Notes: generated by a model not told the origin, from the sequence alone. A stretch of 36,369 nucleotides of DNA from Spirochaetaceae bacterium (GCA_031267955.1 JAIRYB010000197.1:1-36369); one strand, 5' to 3'. Counted from the stretch's first letter, positions 7,461 through 17,643 are shown. Program-made: numbers and translations.

Positions 7461-7760
7461 ATGTACAAAGCGCGGATCGTGCTATTTTATTTTCTCACGG
7501 CGACAGTACCGCTGCTGTTCGGGACGATTGCCTGGCAGTCGTGCCGTTACGCGGAATTGGAAAAGGAAACGGTGAATCTTGAAACTGTTCAGGAAGACTG
7601 GATCGCCGGCAACCGGCGGCTTATCGCGGGGATAGCGCTTTTGTCTTCTGCCGAGCGTATTGAAAAAATAGCGCGGGACCAGATGGGGCTCGCGAAAAAA
7701 CGTCCTGAAGAAGTGCTGCAGATAAGGATTACCGGGGGATACGCGCCTGATGGAAAGTAG
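7461..7760 (+). CDS. ftsL: Cell division protein FtsL-like (single N-terminal TM helix)
   Basis: 99 aa with an N-terminal hydrophobic helix (IVLFYFLTATVPLLFGTIAW), a coiled segment, and SAERIEKIARDQMGLAKKRPEEV, typical of the FtsL family. Position after rsmH fits. RBS AGAGAGGG. Confidence 0.75.
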   Translation: MYKARIVLFYFLTATVPLLFGTIAWQSCRYAELEKETVNLETVQEDWIAGNRRLIAGIALLSSAERIEKIARDQMGLAKKRPEEVLQIRITGGYAPDGK

Positions 7761-9282
7761 TTTTCTGTTAACTTACGCACAGCTTGGCGCCGTACCCGGG
7801 GTACGCATCCTCTCTTACGCCTCAGGCGGAAAAGGCGGCCCCCCTTTAGGCGGCGGGTTTTCCTCGGTATGTATTGATTCCCGCGAGGTAAAAAAAGGCT
7901 CCCTGTTTGTGGCGCTCAAAGGCGCGTCCCAGGACGGCCACCGTTACGCGGAGGCCGCGTTCAGGGCCGGGGCCGGGGCGGTCATGGCGGCATCTTCCGC
8001 CCTTGCCGCCAGGGAGTTTGATTTGGAGGGGGCGGCCTCCCGGGCAGGCGCCGTGCTGGTTGTAACGGAAGATACTTTGCGGGGCCTGCAGGACGCCGCG
8101 CGGGTTTACCTTGAACAGTTTCCCGATCTTTTAAAAATCGCGATTTCCGGCAGTTCAGGCAAAAGCACTACCAAGGAAATTGCCGCGGCGATGATAGGCT
8201 CTGAAAGAAATGTAGTGTTCAACAGCGGGAACCTCAATTCCGAAACAGGGCTTCCGCTTTCGGTGTTCAGGGTCAGGAGGGAACACCAGGTTGGTATTTT
8301 TGAGATGGGGATGAACCGCGCCGGGGAGATCGCGGAACTTGCCCGGCTCTTTAAACCTTGTATCGCGCTTATCACAAACATAGGCCCTGCCCATATCGGA
8401 ATTCTCGGCAGTATTGCCGCGATTCTTGAGGAGAAGAAACAGATATTCGGTGAATTTACCGGAAACGAAACGGCGCTGATCCCGGACGATGATGAATACC
8501 GGGACGAGCTTGCCCGCGGCGTTTCGGGAAAGATAGTGTTTTACGGCCCTGCCAGCCTTGAGGAACTTGGAGAAGTAAGAGATCTTGGGTTAGATGGTGC
8601 GGAAATTACCTGGGAGGGGATTTCCGCGCGCTTCGCCCTGCCCGGACGGCATAATCTGAAAGACGCTCTGGCGGCCGCGGCGATTGCCAAGGCCGCCGGA
8701 GTGAGCGCCGCCGCGGTCAGGCGGGGCCTTGAGTCGGTAAGGCCGCTTTTCGGGAGGAGCGAAATACTGCGGGGAAATATCCCGGGCAAGGGCGGCCGGA
8801 TCACGCTGGTCCGGGACTGTTACAACGCCAATCCGGACAGCACTTCGCAGGCAATCGCCTTTTGCGACGGGCTGGACTGGCCCGGGAGAAAGGTGTACGT
8901 GGCCGGTTCCATGCTGGAACTGGGGGAGGCTTCGCGGGCGGCCCATGAGCGGATGGGCGGGGAACTGGCGGCCTCGGGCGCGGACATGGTGTTTTTCTAC
9001 GGCAGGGAGACTGAGGCCGCCGCGGAAGAGATGGGGGCCCGCGCGGAAGGCCGAAAGATTCCGCTGTTTTATACCGATGTTATGGATACCCTGGCGTCTT
9101 CCCTTGCGGATTATGTGCAAGACGGGGACCTGGTTCTGCTCAAAGGCTCGCGGGGCTGCGCCCTGGAACAATTGACTGATGTACTGGTCGCGGATGCCCC
9201 GGGGAAACCGGCGGCCGGGGGACAGCCTGGCGCGCGGGAACCGGGCAGGGCGCTGCCTGTTTTAGCCGGAGGCTGCCTGTGA
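7750..9282 (+). CDS. murF: UDP-N-acetylmuramoyl-tripeptide--D-alanyl-D-alanine ligase MurF
   Basis: Mur ligase motifs ISGSSGKSTTKE, NSETGLPL, FEMGMNRAGEI, DCYNANPDS and LLKGSRG. Gene order murF-mraY. Confidence 0.9.
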   Translation: MESSFLLTYAQLGAVPGVRILSYASGGKGGPPLGGGFSSVCIDSREVKKGSLFVALKGASQDGHRYAEAAFRAGAGAVMAASSALAAREFDLEGAASRAGAVLVVTEDTLRGLQDAARVYLEQFPDLLKIAISGSSGKSTTKEIAAAMIGSERNVVFNSGNLNSETGLPLSVFRVRREHQVGIFEMGMNRAGEIAELARLFKPCIALITNIGPAHIGILGSIAAILEEKKQIFGEFTGNETALIPDDDEYRDELARGVSGKIVFYGPASLEELGEVRDLGLDGAEITWEGISARFALPGRHNLKDALAAAAIAKAAGVSAAAVRRGLESVRPLFGRSEILRGNIPGKGGRITLVRDCYNANPDSTSQAIAFCDGLDWPGRKVYVAGSMLELGEASRAAHERMGGELAASGADMVFFYGRETEAAAEEMGARAEGRKIPLFYTDVMDTLASSLADYVQDGDLVLLKGSRGCALEQLTDVLVADAPGKPAAGGQPGAREPGRALPVLAGGCL

Positions 9283-10358
9283 TTTTTGAATTTTTCTATC
9301 CTCTGGTAAAATATTTCACCGCGTTTAACATACTTAAGTATATCACCTTCAGGGGCGCCTACGCGGCGATTACTACGCTGCTTTTCTGTTTCATCTTCGG
9401 GCCGGCCCTGATCGAGGTATTGCGGAAATTCAGGATAGGCCAGGTTGTCCGGCAGGACGGGCCGGAAACCCATCTTGCAAAAGTTGGGACCCCGACTATG
9501 GGCGGGGTGTTCTTTGTTATCTCCATGCTGGTCACGGTGCTGCTCTGGCAGGATCTGGGGAATTACAAGGTATGGCTTACCCTGTGCGCCTTCGTGGCTT
9601 TGGGGGCCATCGGTTTTCTTGACGATTATCTTAAGATTACCCAGCGTAATTCGGACGGGCTGCCCCCCTGGGGGAAACTCGCGGGACAGTTCGCCGTGGC
9701 GCTTGCCGTAGCGCTGGTGCTCTACTTTAACGGGGATGAAATAACCACAAAACTCTACCTGCCTTTTTTCAAAAATCCCGTGGCGGATCTGGGCGCGCTT
9801 TGGATCCCCTTTGCCGTACTGCTTATCATGGGCGAATCAAACGCGGTTAATTTTACCGACGGGCTTGACGGGCTTGCGTCGGGGCTTCTCATCTCGGTCT
9901 TTATCGCGCTGGCTATTCTTACCTATATTTCGGGACGGGTTGATTATTCGGAATATCTGGGTATTCCCTATATCACCGGGGCGGGGGAGCTTACGGTGTT
10001 CTGCCTGGGCCTGGTGGGGGCGTGCGTGGGGTTTCTCTGGTTCAATGCTCATCCGGCCGAAATTTTCATGGGGGATGTCGGAAGCCTTCCCATGGGGGGG
10101 ATAATCGCGATAATATCCCTGATCATCAAGAAAGAAATTCTGGTGCTGATCATCGGCGGGGTTTTTGTACTTGAAATTGCCAGCGTTATCCTCCAGGTGC
10201 TGTCCTATAAGCTGACAAAAAAACGGCTGTTCAAAATGGCCCCCCTGCATCACCATTTTGAACTTTCAGGCTGGCCGGAGGCCAAAGTGGTTATCCGTTT
10301 CTGGATTCTGGGAGGGCTTTTTATTATTATTGCCCTTTCAACATTAAAAATACAGTAG
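9279..10358 (+). CDS. mraY: Phospho-N-acetylmuramoyl-pentapeptide transferase MraY
   Basis: GTPTMGG, LDDYLK, NAVNFTDGLDGLA, FMGDVGSLPMGG and APLHHHFEL are MraY signatures. The GTG start overlaps the murF stop. Confidence 0.95.
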   Translation: MIFEFFYPLVKYFTAFNILKYITFRGAYAAITTLLFCFIFGPALIEVLRKFRIGQVVRQDGPETHLAKVGTPTMGGVFFVISMLVTVLLWQDLGNYKVWLTLCAFVALGAIGFLDDYLKITQRNSDGLPPWGKLAGQFAVALAVALVLYFNGDEITTKLYLPFFKNPVADLGALWIPFAVLLIMGESNAVNFTDGLDGLASGLLISVFIALAILTYISGRVDYSEYLGIPYITGAGELTVFCLGLVGACVGFLWFNAHPAEIFMGDVGSLPMGGIIAIISLIIKKEILVLIIGGVFVLEIASVILQVLSYKLTKKRLFKMAPLHHHFELSGWPEAKVVIRFWILGGLFIIIALSTLKIQ

Positions 10359-10368
10359 AAGGTTTGTA

Positions 10369-11514
10369 ATGGCGGATACGTTCAGCCCGGAAAGGCCGGT
10401 GCGGAAAATAATGCCCGATCATGTCCTCATCGCGAGCGTTGCCGTGCTTTTAGGGGTAGGGCTCGTAACCCTTTACTCCGCGTCCGCCAGTTTTGGGCAG
10501 CGGTTTATGGGGGACAGGTTTTACTTTATTTCCCGGCAGCTTGCCTTCTGCGGCATAGGGATACTGCTCTTTATCGCGGCGTCCGTTGTCCCCCTCGGCT
10601 TTGTACGCGCCCTGGTCCCCTGCGGAGTCATCTTCGCCGTGGTCCTCTGCATATTGACATTTATCCCCCATATCGGGGTTTCCAAGAACGGCGCCGCGCG
10701 GTGGATCAGTATAGGCGCTTTTTCGTACCAGCCTTCCGAATTTGTGAAACTTATGCTGCCCCTGTACCTTGCCCATATTTTTGACAAAAACCAGAAGCAG
10801 ATAGATTCCTTTGCCCGGGGGATACGATCCCCGACACTGATTACCACTTTGTTTTTCCTGCTCATCTATCTGCAAAACAACTTTTCCACAGCGGTTTTTG
10901 TTACGGTAAACGCCCTTATCATTTTTTTCATAGCCGGCGTCAAATTCCGCTACTTTCTCAGCGCGGCGGTTATCCTGGCGCCTATCTGTACGCTCCTGGT
11001 GTTCACTTCCAGCCACCGGCTTCTGCGGGTGATCTCCTTTCTGTGGCCGGACCAGGACCCCCTGGGCGCGGCGTACCAGCTGCGTTCTTCCATACTGACC
11101 GTAGGTTCCGGGGGCATTTGGGGCCGGGGCCTGGGGAGGGGGGTGCGGAAAATATCCAGCGTTCCCGAGATACAGTCGGATTTTATCTTTTCCGCTTATA
11201 CCGAGGAAATGGGGTTTGCCGGGGTGCTCCTCTTTTACCTTATCTTCCTTATTTTCGCCGTAAGGGGTTACAGGACGGCTTTGGAACAGCGCGACACTTT
11301 CAAAAGGCTTTTGGCCTTTGGCCTTGTCACGGTAATCTCAAGCCAGGCTTTGATCAACATAGCCGTGGTATCGGGCATGCTCCCGGTAACAGGAATACCC
11401 CTGCCGTTTTTTTCCGCAGGCGGTTCGTCTCTGGCAACTACCCTGGTAATCGCGGGATTAATCGTAAATGTATCCCGCTTTAAAAAGGACGCGGAGGATG
11501 CCGATGTCTTCTGA
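10369..11514 (+). CDS. ftsW: SEDS-family peptidoglycan glycosyltransferase FtsW
   Basis: SYQPSEFVKL, SDFIFSAYTEEMGFAG and MLPVTGIPLPFFSAGGSS are SEDS (FtsW/RodA) motifs. The dcw context argues for FtsW. Confidence 0.9.
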   Translation: MADTFSPERPVRKIMPDHVLIASVAVLLGVGLVTLYSASASFGQRFMGDRFYFISRQLAFCGIGILLFIAASVVPLGFVRALVPCGVIFAVVLCILTFIPHIGVSKNGAARWISIGAFSYQPSEFVKLMLPLYLAHIFDKNQKQIDSFARGIRSPTLITTLFFLLIYLQNNFSTAVFVTVNALIIFFIAGVKFRYFLSAAVILAPICTLLVFTSSHRLLRVISFLWPDQDPLGAAYQLRSSILTVGSGGIWGRGLGRGVRKISSVPEIQSDFIFSAYTEEMGFAGVLLFYLIFLIFAVRGYRTALEQRDTFKRLLAFGLVTVISSQALINIAVVSGMLPVTGIPLPFFSAGGSSLATTLVIAGLIVNVSRFKKDAEDADVF

Positions 11515-12427
11515 TTTTGTTTATAATGACAGAAGGAGGGGCCGGGAAGGGGAGCTCCGCCGGGGCGCGGCACCGGAAATTCACAAACCCGGATTCCGGC
11601 GCCCCGCAAGCGGGCGGAATTCCGGCGCGGGGGAATCGCCCGGGAAGAGGCCCGCGAAGGCGGACAAATGGCTTGTGCGGCTGGCCGTCCTTATCGCCGG
11701 CATTCTGGCGGCGGAATTACTGTGGCTGTTCGGAATAACGCCCCTGCTTCCCCTTTCGGTGGTAGAAGTAAGCCCTGTACCCGGGATTGAGCGCGCGGCG
11801 ATTCTGTCCCGGGCGGGGATCGGCTCCCATTCATCGTACCTTACGGTGGACGCGGCCCTGGCGGAAAAAAACCTTGAACAGATGTACCAGATAGAGTCCG
11901 CCCGCGTGGTAAAGCAGTACCCCGATACGGTGCGGGTCTTTGTTGAACAGCGGGTGCCGGCCGCGCTTTCCCTGGTTAATGCCGCCGGCAGGATAATCCC
12001 GGTGTATATCGACAAACACGGAATGCTTATTCAGGTAGGAGGCCCGCCTTTAAATGCCGGTTCTCCCCTGGCGCTGCCTATAGTTTCCGGCCTGGGTTTT
12101 GAACGGCTTGAGGAAGGGGCGAAACTTCCGGCGGAGCTGGAGGGTTTTTTCAGCCGCCTGGATTCGCTTAACAAAAACGCGCCGGAATTGCTCGCGTTTA
12201 TTTCGGAAATCGGGATAAACAAAAAAGCGTATAATGGTTTTGATCTTATACTTTATCCGGTAAACAGCGCCGTCAAATTCCGCCTGGAACCGGATTTAAA
12301 CGAAGACGCATTGCGGTATATGATTTTGATGATGGATGTATTTGATTCGGCGGGCGTGCAGGTAGACGAAGTTGATTTACGGAACGGCACCGCGTCGTAT
12401 GTTGTAAAGGAGGCCCGATCTGGCTAA
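11504..12427 (+). CDS. ftsQ: FtsQ/DivIB-like cell division protein (Arg-rich cytoplasmic tail, TM helix, POTRA-like region)
   Basis: Position between ftsW and ftsA. TM helix LVRLAVLIAGILAAELLWLF is followed by IESARVVKQYPDTVRVFVEQRVPAA, which is POTRA-like. Start chosen at ATG 11504, 6 nt after GGAGG at 11493-11497. The track ORF starts at 11468. Confidence 0.7.
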   Translation: MSSDFVYNDRRRGREGELRRGAAPEIHKPGFRRPASGRNSGAGESPGKRPAKADKWLVRLAVLIAGILAAELLWLFGITPLLPLSVVEVSPVPGIERAAILSRAGIGSHSSYLTVDAALAEKNLEQMYQIESARVVKQYPDTVRVFVEQRVPAALSLVNAAGRIIPVYIDKHGMLIQVGGPPLNAGSPLALPIVSGLGFERLEEGAKLPAELEGFFSRLDSLNKNAPELLAFISEIGINKKAYNGFDLILYPVNSAVKFRLEPDLNEDALRYMILMMDVFDSAGVQVDEVDLRNGTASYVVKEARSG

Positions 12428-12434
12428 CGACAGT

Positions 12435-13691
12435 TTGGTTGTCGGCCTTGATATAGGTTCGACCAAGGTATGCGCCGTTATCGGCGAACGAAATGAAAGG
12501 GGGACTCTCGATATTACCGGCGTCGGTACGAGTCCCTCTACCGGCCTGGAAAAGGGCGTGGTAAAAAACATAGAGGCGACCCTGCGGGCAATTTCCGCCG
12601 CCATTGAGGAAGCGGAAGGTATGAGCGGCCAGGAGGTACGCGCCTGCTGGACGGGTATAGGCGGAAAACACATAACCGGGATGAATTCCCGGGGAGTGGT
12701 CGCGGTAACCGGAAAGACCCGGGAAACCAGGGAAATAGGGCCCGAGGATGTAGACAGGGTACTCGAGGCCGCACGGGCTATAGCTATCCCCATGGACCGG
12801 CAGATACTTGAGGTTATCCCCCAGTCCTATATCGTGGATGATCAAAAAGGGATAAGGGATCCCCTCAATATAATAGGGGTCCGCCTTGAGGCTGAGGTGC
12901 ATATTATTACCTGCTCGGTAACCAGCGCGCAAAATTTGATAAAATGCGTTAACCGGGCGGGGTTCCGGGTGAACGATCTTATCCTCCAGTCTTTGGCCGC
13001 GGGGACGGCGGTGCTGACGGAAGAGGAAAAGGAACTGGGCGTAGTACTGATTGACTTAGGCGGTGGGACTACCGAAGTGGTTGTTTACTGCCAGGGGGCG
13101 CCTTATTCCACAAGTTCCATCCCCCTGGGCGGCATGCAGGTTACCCGCGATATTTCCCTGTGGGGGGGCATATCCATTGAAACCGCGGAGAAAATTAAAA
13201 TCCAGGCGGGATGCTGCCGGGAAGAATTTTTAGAAAAGGACGAAAGCGTTCTGGTTGACGGCATAGGCGGCCGGCCGCCCCAGTCGATTCCCCGGCTGGA
13301 ACTGGCACAGGTGATCCGGCCCCGTGTGGAAGAGATATTCGAAATGGTCAAGAATGAGCTGGACAAACTCTCCGTGTCCGAGTGGCTTGGGGGGGGTATT
13401 GTGCTTACCGGCGGGGGCGCCCAGCTTTTGGGAACCGTCGAGCTTGCGGAAGAGGTGTTCAACGCGGGCAGAAAACGCCCTATCCCGATCCGGGCGGGGA
13501 ATCCCCTGTCCAGAAACCTGGGGGGCTTTGTTGAAAAGTACCGGACGCCCGCCTATTCCACCGCCATAGGGCTGCTGCTTGAGGGCGCCAAACGCGAGGC
13601 ATCCGGCGCCCAGGAAGGGGGGGGCGAAATCCCCGGCGAAGGCCCCGGCCTTGGGAAGAGGCTTGTCGCCTGGCTAAAAGGTTTTTTCTAA
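12435..13691 (+). CDS. ftsA: Cell division protein FtsA
   Basis: VVGLDIGSTKVCAVIG, LIDLGGGTTEV, IVLTGGGAQL, and a C-terminal amphipathic helix KRLVAWLKGFF. Start uncertain: TTG 12435 in the track, see finding. Confidence 0.92.
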   Translation: MVVGLDIGSTKVCAVIGERNERGTLDITGVGTSPSTGLEKGVVKNIEATLRAISAAIEEAEGMSGQEVRACWTGIGGKHITGMNSRGVVAVTGKTRETREIGPEDVDRVLEAARAIAIPMDRQILEVIPQSYIVDDQKGIRDPLNIIGVRLEAEVHIITCSVTSAQNLIKCVNRAGFRVNDLILQSLAAGTAVLTEEEKELGVVLIDLGGGTTEVVVYCQGAPYSTSSIPLGGMQVTRDISLWGGISIETAEKIKIQAGCCREEFLEKDESVLVDGIGGRPPQSIPRLELAQVIRPRVEEIFEMVKNELDKLSVSEWLGGGIVLTGGGAQLLGTVELAEEVFNAGRKRPIPIRAGNPLSRNLGGFVEKYRTPAYSTAIGLLLEGAKREASGAQEGGGEIPGEGPGLGKRLVAWLKGFF

Positions 13692-13720
13692 AAGTTTTTT
13701 GGGCTTTTTTATATGATGTT

Positions 13721-13749
13721 TTGCCAAATTGAGGCTTAATGCCTTAAAT
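13721..13749 (+). promoter_or_regulatory. Possible ftsZ-proximal promoter (TTGCCA-N17-TTAAAT)
   Basis: The AT-rich 83-bp ftsA-ftsZ spacer has TTGCCA at 13721-13726 and TTAAAT at 13744-13749. The match is weak and based on sequence only. Confidence 0.3.
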
Positions 13750-13774
13750 TATAAGATGATTTGGGAGGGGGACT

Positions 13775-14986
13775 ATGATGAACATTGAAATTCTGGATGG
13801 ACAGGTTTCCGATCCGAATCCGACGATCATAAAGGTCATCGGGGCCGGGGGCGGGGGATCGAACGCCGTAAACAGAATGATCGAAGGCGGATTGCAGCAT
13901 GTGCAATTTATCGCGGCAAACACGGACGTGCAGGCGCTGAATCGCTGCAAGGCCCCGGTTAAGCTTCCCATCGGCTCAAAGATCACCGGCGGCCTGGGAG
14001 CGGGAGGCAAGCCCGAGGTGGGCGAAAGGGCGGCCGAAGAGGACCGGGAGATGATCACCAACGCCCTGCGCGGGGCGGATATGGTGTTCGTGACCGCCGG
14101 CATGGGCGGGGGGACGGGTACAGGTTCCGCGCCGGTTATCGCCCAGATCGCCCGCGACGTGGGCGCCCTGACCGTAGGCGTGGTAACCAAGCCTTTTTCC
14201 TTTGAGGGCCGTTACAAGCTGGTTCTTGCCGAGGAGGGGATCGCCAAGATGCGGGAAGCGGTGGATACCCTTATCGTTATTCCCAACGAACACCTCATGA
14301 AAGTCATTGACCGGAAAACCCCTATTAAAGAGGCTTTCAAAATGGCCGACGAGGTGCTCCGCCAGGGCGTGCAGGGAATCTCCGATGTAATAACCGTACA
14401 GGGAGACATCAACATTGATTTTGCCGATGTAAAGACCGTAATGAAGGATATGGGGGATGCCCTGATGGGCGTGGGCGTGGGAAGCGGCGACGGCCGCGCG
14501 GAAATAGCCGCGTCTTCCGCCATTGAAAATCCGCTTCTCGAGGACAGCACGATCAACGGCGCGAAAAAACTGCTGGTCAATGTAATAGGCGGCGAAGATG
14601 TAGCCATGATGGAATACCAGGAAGTATTCAATTATATAAACCGGAATGCCGATCCCGACGCGCTGATCATACCCGGCCAGGCGACCGATTCCTCCATGGG
14701 GGACAGGATACAGGTTACGGTTATCGCCACAGGTTTTATGGGCGAGACCGTGCGGATAGCGGTTAAAAACGAAGAGGGGGAATCTTCCCCCGAGGAAAAA
14801 CCCGACTTTATGGATGCCGAGGAATTTACCAGGTGCATCAGCCGTTCGGGCAGCACGGCTCCTTCCCAGACCTTCCTTACCCGCCGCAGCTACGAAGACC
14901 TGGAAGTCCCCGCCTACTTGAGAAAGCAGGGCGCGGAACGGGAGCTTTTTGACAGGTTTCCCGGCAGTAATGCGAAGGACGCCTAG
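13775..14986 (+). CDS. ftsZ: Cell division GTPase FtsZ
   Basis: [46 protein letters not shown] (tubulin signature), and a C-terminal [11 protein letters not shown] peptide. RBS GGGAGGGGG. Confidence 0.97.
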   Translation: MMNIEILDGQVSDPNPTIIKVIGAGGGGSNAVNRMIEGGLQHVQFIAANTDVQALNRCKAPVKLPIGSKITGGLGAGGKPEVGERAAEEDREMITNALRGADMVFVTAGMGGGTGTGSAPVIAQIARDVGALTVGVVTKPFSFEGRYKLVLAEEGIAKMREAVDTLIVIPNEHLMKVIDRKTPIKEAFKMADEVLRQGVQGISDVITVQGDINIDFADVKTVMKDMGDALMGVGVGSGDGRAEIAASSAIENPLLEDSTINGAKKLLVNVIGGEDVAMMEYQEVFNYINRNADPDALIIPGQATDSSMGDRIQVTVIATGFMGETVRIAVKNEEGESSPEEKPDFMDAEEFTRCISRSGSTAPSQTFLTRRSYEDLEVPAYLRKQGAERELFDRFPGSNAKDA

Positions 14987-14991
14987 ATTCT

Positions 14992-15915
14992 GTGAAAGAA
15001 CGGAGCTTTCTGGAAAAATACCACGCGCATCTTACCGCTGTGGAAAGGCGGGCGCATTTAACAGTAGATACTTACTGCATCGAGATTGCCCGTTTTCTCG
15101 AGTGGCTTGAGGCGGAAAAACTGCCGGTCGAACACGCCGACAGCCTTGTCCTCACGCGGTACCTCGATGTCCGGAAAACCAGGGATCGGCTTGACGGGCG
15201 GTCCGTTGCCAAGGCGGTCTCCGCGCTTAGATCGTTTTTTCAGTTTTTGATCGATTCTGAAGCTTTGCGCAAGGATAACCCCGCTTCTGTTCTGGAACGC
15301 CCCCGTTCGAAGAACCGGCTTCCCCAGGTGCACTCCCGGGAGACGGTGGAAGAAATGCTTGCCGCTGTGGACATCAGCACTCCGCTCGGAATCCGCGACC
15401 GGACGCTTTTCGAGCTTATCTATTCCGCGGGGTTGCGGGTTTCCGAAGCGGTGGCTTTGAATGTGGGCGATATTTTTTTTTCCGAGGGAATCGCCCGGGT
15501 TACCGGCAAGGGGGACAAGGAGCGGCTTGTTGTTTTCGGCGGCGAGGCTGGACAGTGGCTGAAACGCTACCTCGGCGAAAGCCGGCCGGCCCTTGTCCGT
15601 TCCCGGCGGATTTCCGCGCTGTTTATAAACCGCAGCGGAAGGCGGCTTTCCCGGAAGGGGATCTGGAAAAATTACGCCGCGCTTACCGCCCAATTGGGAA
15701 TGAGTTCCCGGCTTCACAGCCTGCGCCACAGTTTTGCTACCGAGCTCCTGGCCGGGGGCGCGGATCTTAGATCGGTACAGGAACTTCTGGGGCATGTGGA
15801 CCTTTCCACGACCCAGATCTATACCCATGTGGATAATTCCATGCTCCGGGAAAACCACCGCCGCTATCTTCCGAAACTTAAGACGTTCCGGCAGGACGGG
15901 GCCGGCCTTACATAG
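14992..15915 (+). CDS. xerD: Tyrosine site-specific recombinase, XerD-like
   Basis: GLRVSEA...GKGDKER...HSLRHSFATELLAGGADLRSVQELLGHVDLSTTQIYTHV contains the R-H-R-Y catalytic signature. GTG start 5 nt after ftsZ. The C versus D assignment is tentative. Confidence 0.75.
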   Translation: MKERSFLEKYHAHLTAVERRAHLTVDTYCIEIARFLEWLEAEKLPVEHADSLVLTRYLDVRKTRDRLDGRSVAKAVSALRSFFQFLIDSEALRKDNPASVLERPRSKNRLPQVHSRETVEEMLAAVDISTPLGIRDRTLFELIYSAGLRVSEAVALNVGDIFFSEGIARVTGKGDKERLVVFGGEAGQWLKRYLGESRPALVRSRRISALFINRSGRRLSRKGIWKNYAALTAQLGMSSRLHSLRHSFATELLAGGADLRSVQELLGHVDLSTTQIYTHVDNSMLRENHRRYLPKLKTFRQDGAGLT

Positions 15916-15926
15916 GGAGGGCGAAC

Positions 15927-16676
15927 ATGAAAGTGAAAAAAGAGATCGTTACCGGCATTTTGGTTGTGGCAATTCTCGCGGCGGGCTTTACGCTGTTTTA
16001 CAATTACGGGATGAGCGGGGAGCGGAATCGGCTTGCAAGGCGTATCGCGGAACTGGGGAACCCCGGGGGGCCGCCGGAAACTGTCGAGGGCTTAAGAGAG
16101 GCTATCTCCCTTTATGAAAAACAGATAGAGCAGCATGTAAAGGATGCCGCGCAGACCGGCGTGTACTGGAAAATCCTCGCGACGCGGCTTCAGGACAGGG
16201 GCCTTCACAACGAGGCGCTTAAAGCCCTGGAACAGGCGGTTTACTATTCCCCCCAGGACCCGTCCCTCCTCTACCTTACCGGTATTTCCGCGGCGCGGGT
16301 CGCAAAAGGTTTTCTTGATTTCCGGGGCGGGGCCGCCGGTTCTTCCGAAAGTTACTACGCCCTTGCCGAGGATGCCTACCGTAAGGCCATCGCCGTGGAT
16401 GACAGGTACGTAAAACCCATGTACGCGCTCGGGGTGCTCTATGTGTTCGAACTGGGAAGGCCCGCGGACGCTATACCGGTAATGGAACGCTACCTTGATC
16501 TTACGTCGAACGATGTGGAAGGCATGGCCCTGCTGGCCCACGCTTACGCGCTGACTTCCCAATATGAATTTGCCCTGAATCTGTACGACAGGATACTTTC
16601 GATTACAAAGGACAAGGACAAACGGGCCGCGGTGGAAGAGAACCGCAGGCAGGTAATGGACAGCTATTATGGATAA
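15927..16676 (+). CDS. Membrane-anchored TPR-repeat protein
   Basis: N-terminal TM helix IVTGILVVAILAAGFTLF is followed by TPR-like repeats (NEALKALEQAVYYSPQDP; AEDAYRKAIAVDDRYVKPMYALGVLY; ALNLYDRILSI). Confidence 0.65.
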   Translation: MKVKKEIVTGILVVAILAAGFTLFYNYGMSGERNRLARRIAELGNPGGPPETVEGLREAISLYEKQIEQHVKDAAQTGVYWKILATRLQDRGLHNEALKALEQAVYYSPQDPSLLYLTGISAARVAKGFLDFRGGAAGSSESYYALAEDAYRKAIAVDDRYVKPMYALGVLYVFELGRPADAIPVMERYLDLTSNDVEGMALLAHAYALTSQYEFALNLYDRILSITKDKDKRAAVEENRRQVMDSYYG

Positions 16677-17643
16677 CGGGCGCGGCTTGCTGGACCTTAT
16701 GATCGCGCGTATCCCCGGGCTGTCCTGCAAAGAAAGAATAAAACTGCTCAAAAAATTTGACCGGGAAGCTGATCTCGCTGTATGTTCTAAAGAAGACATT
16801 GGCGAAATTGCCGCCAGGCCCCTGAAGGCATGGGACCCGGACGGGCTGCGCTTTCAGGCGGAAGAGGATCTCCTTTCCATAACCCGGACCGGGATGGGCT
16901 ATGCTTCCTGGCCGGAACCGGAATATCCTCCCCTGCTCAGGGAACTCTACGATCCCCCGGCCCTGGTGTTTTACCGGGGTGTTTTGCCCGACCCGGGAAA
17001 GCCCCTGGCGGCTGTCGTGGGGACCCGCCGGCCCTCGTCCGGCGCGGCAATACAGGCCTTTGATCTGGGCCGGGACCTGGCCCGCGCCGGGATTCCCGTT
17101 GTCTCGGGGCTTGCGCTGGGGATCGACGCCTTTTCCCACCGGGGGAACCTTGAAGGCGGCGCCCCCACAGTGGCGGTACTCGGTTCCGGCCTTGACAGGG
17201 TATACCCTGCCTCGAACCGCGGCCTGGCCCGGCGCATTGTCGAAGAGGGCGGGGCGCTGCTTTCGGAATATCCCCCGGGGACAAGGCCGGCAAGGTGGAA
17301 TTTCCCCGCCCGGAACCGGATTATCGCGGGGCTTGCCCGGGCCGTGATCATTGTCGAGGCGCCGGAAAAGTCCGGGGCGCTTATCACCGCGAATTTCGCC
17401 CTGGAACTTGGAAGGGAGCTTTATGTGGCGAGCGCCGGCCTGGCTTCCCCCCTGGGCGCGGGGACGCGCGCCCTTGCCGAAGACGGGGCCGGGATCGTTT
17501 CGGGCATTGAAGCCATAGCGCGGGATTGGGGGCTGGAGGCCGGTCCGGAGATCGCGGACGCTGTTCCCGATATTGGATCCGGTCTGGCATCGTCGCTGGC
17601 CCGGTCGCTTAATTTAAATTGTGAGGATGGGTATGGCCGTTAA
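16669..17643 (+). CDS. dprA: DNA processing/protecting protein DprA (Smf)
   Basis: VVGTRRPS...GIPVVSGLALGIDAFSHRG...TVAVLGSGLDRVYPASN...FPARNRIIAGLA...VEAPEKSGALITA are DprA Rossmann-domain signatures. Confidence 0.9.
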   Translation: MDNGRGLLDLMIARIPGLSCKERIKLLKKFDREADLAVCSKEDIGEIAARPLKAWDPDGLRFQAEEDLLSITRTGMGYASWPEPEYPPLLRELYDPPALVFYRGVLPDPGKPLAAVVGTRRPSSGAAIQAFDLGRDLARAGIPVVSGLALGIDAFSHRGNLEGGAPTVAVLGSGLDRVYPASNRGLARRIVEEGGALLSEYPPGTRPARWNFPARNRIIAGLARAVIIVEAPEKSGALITANFALELGRELYVASAGLASPLGAGTRALAEDGAGIVSGIEAIARDWGLEAGPEIADAVPDIGSGLASSLARSLNLNCEDGYGR

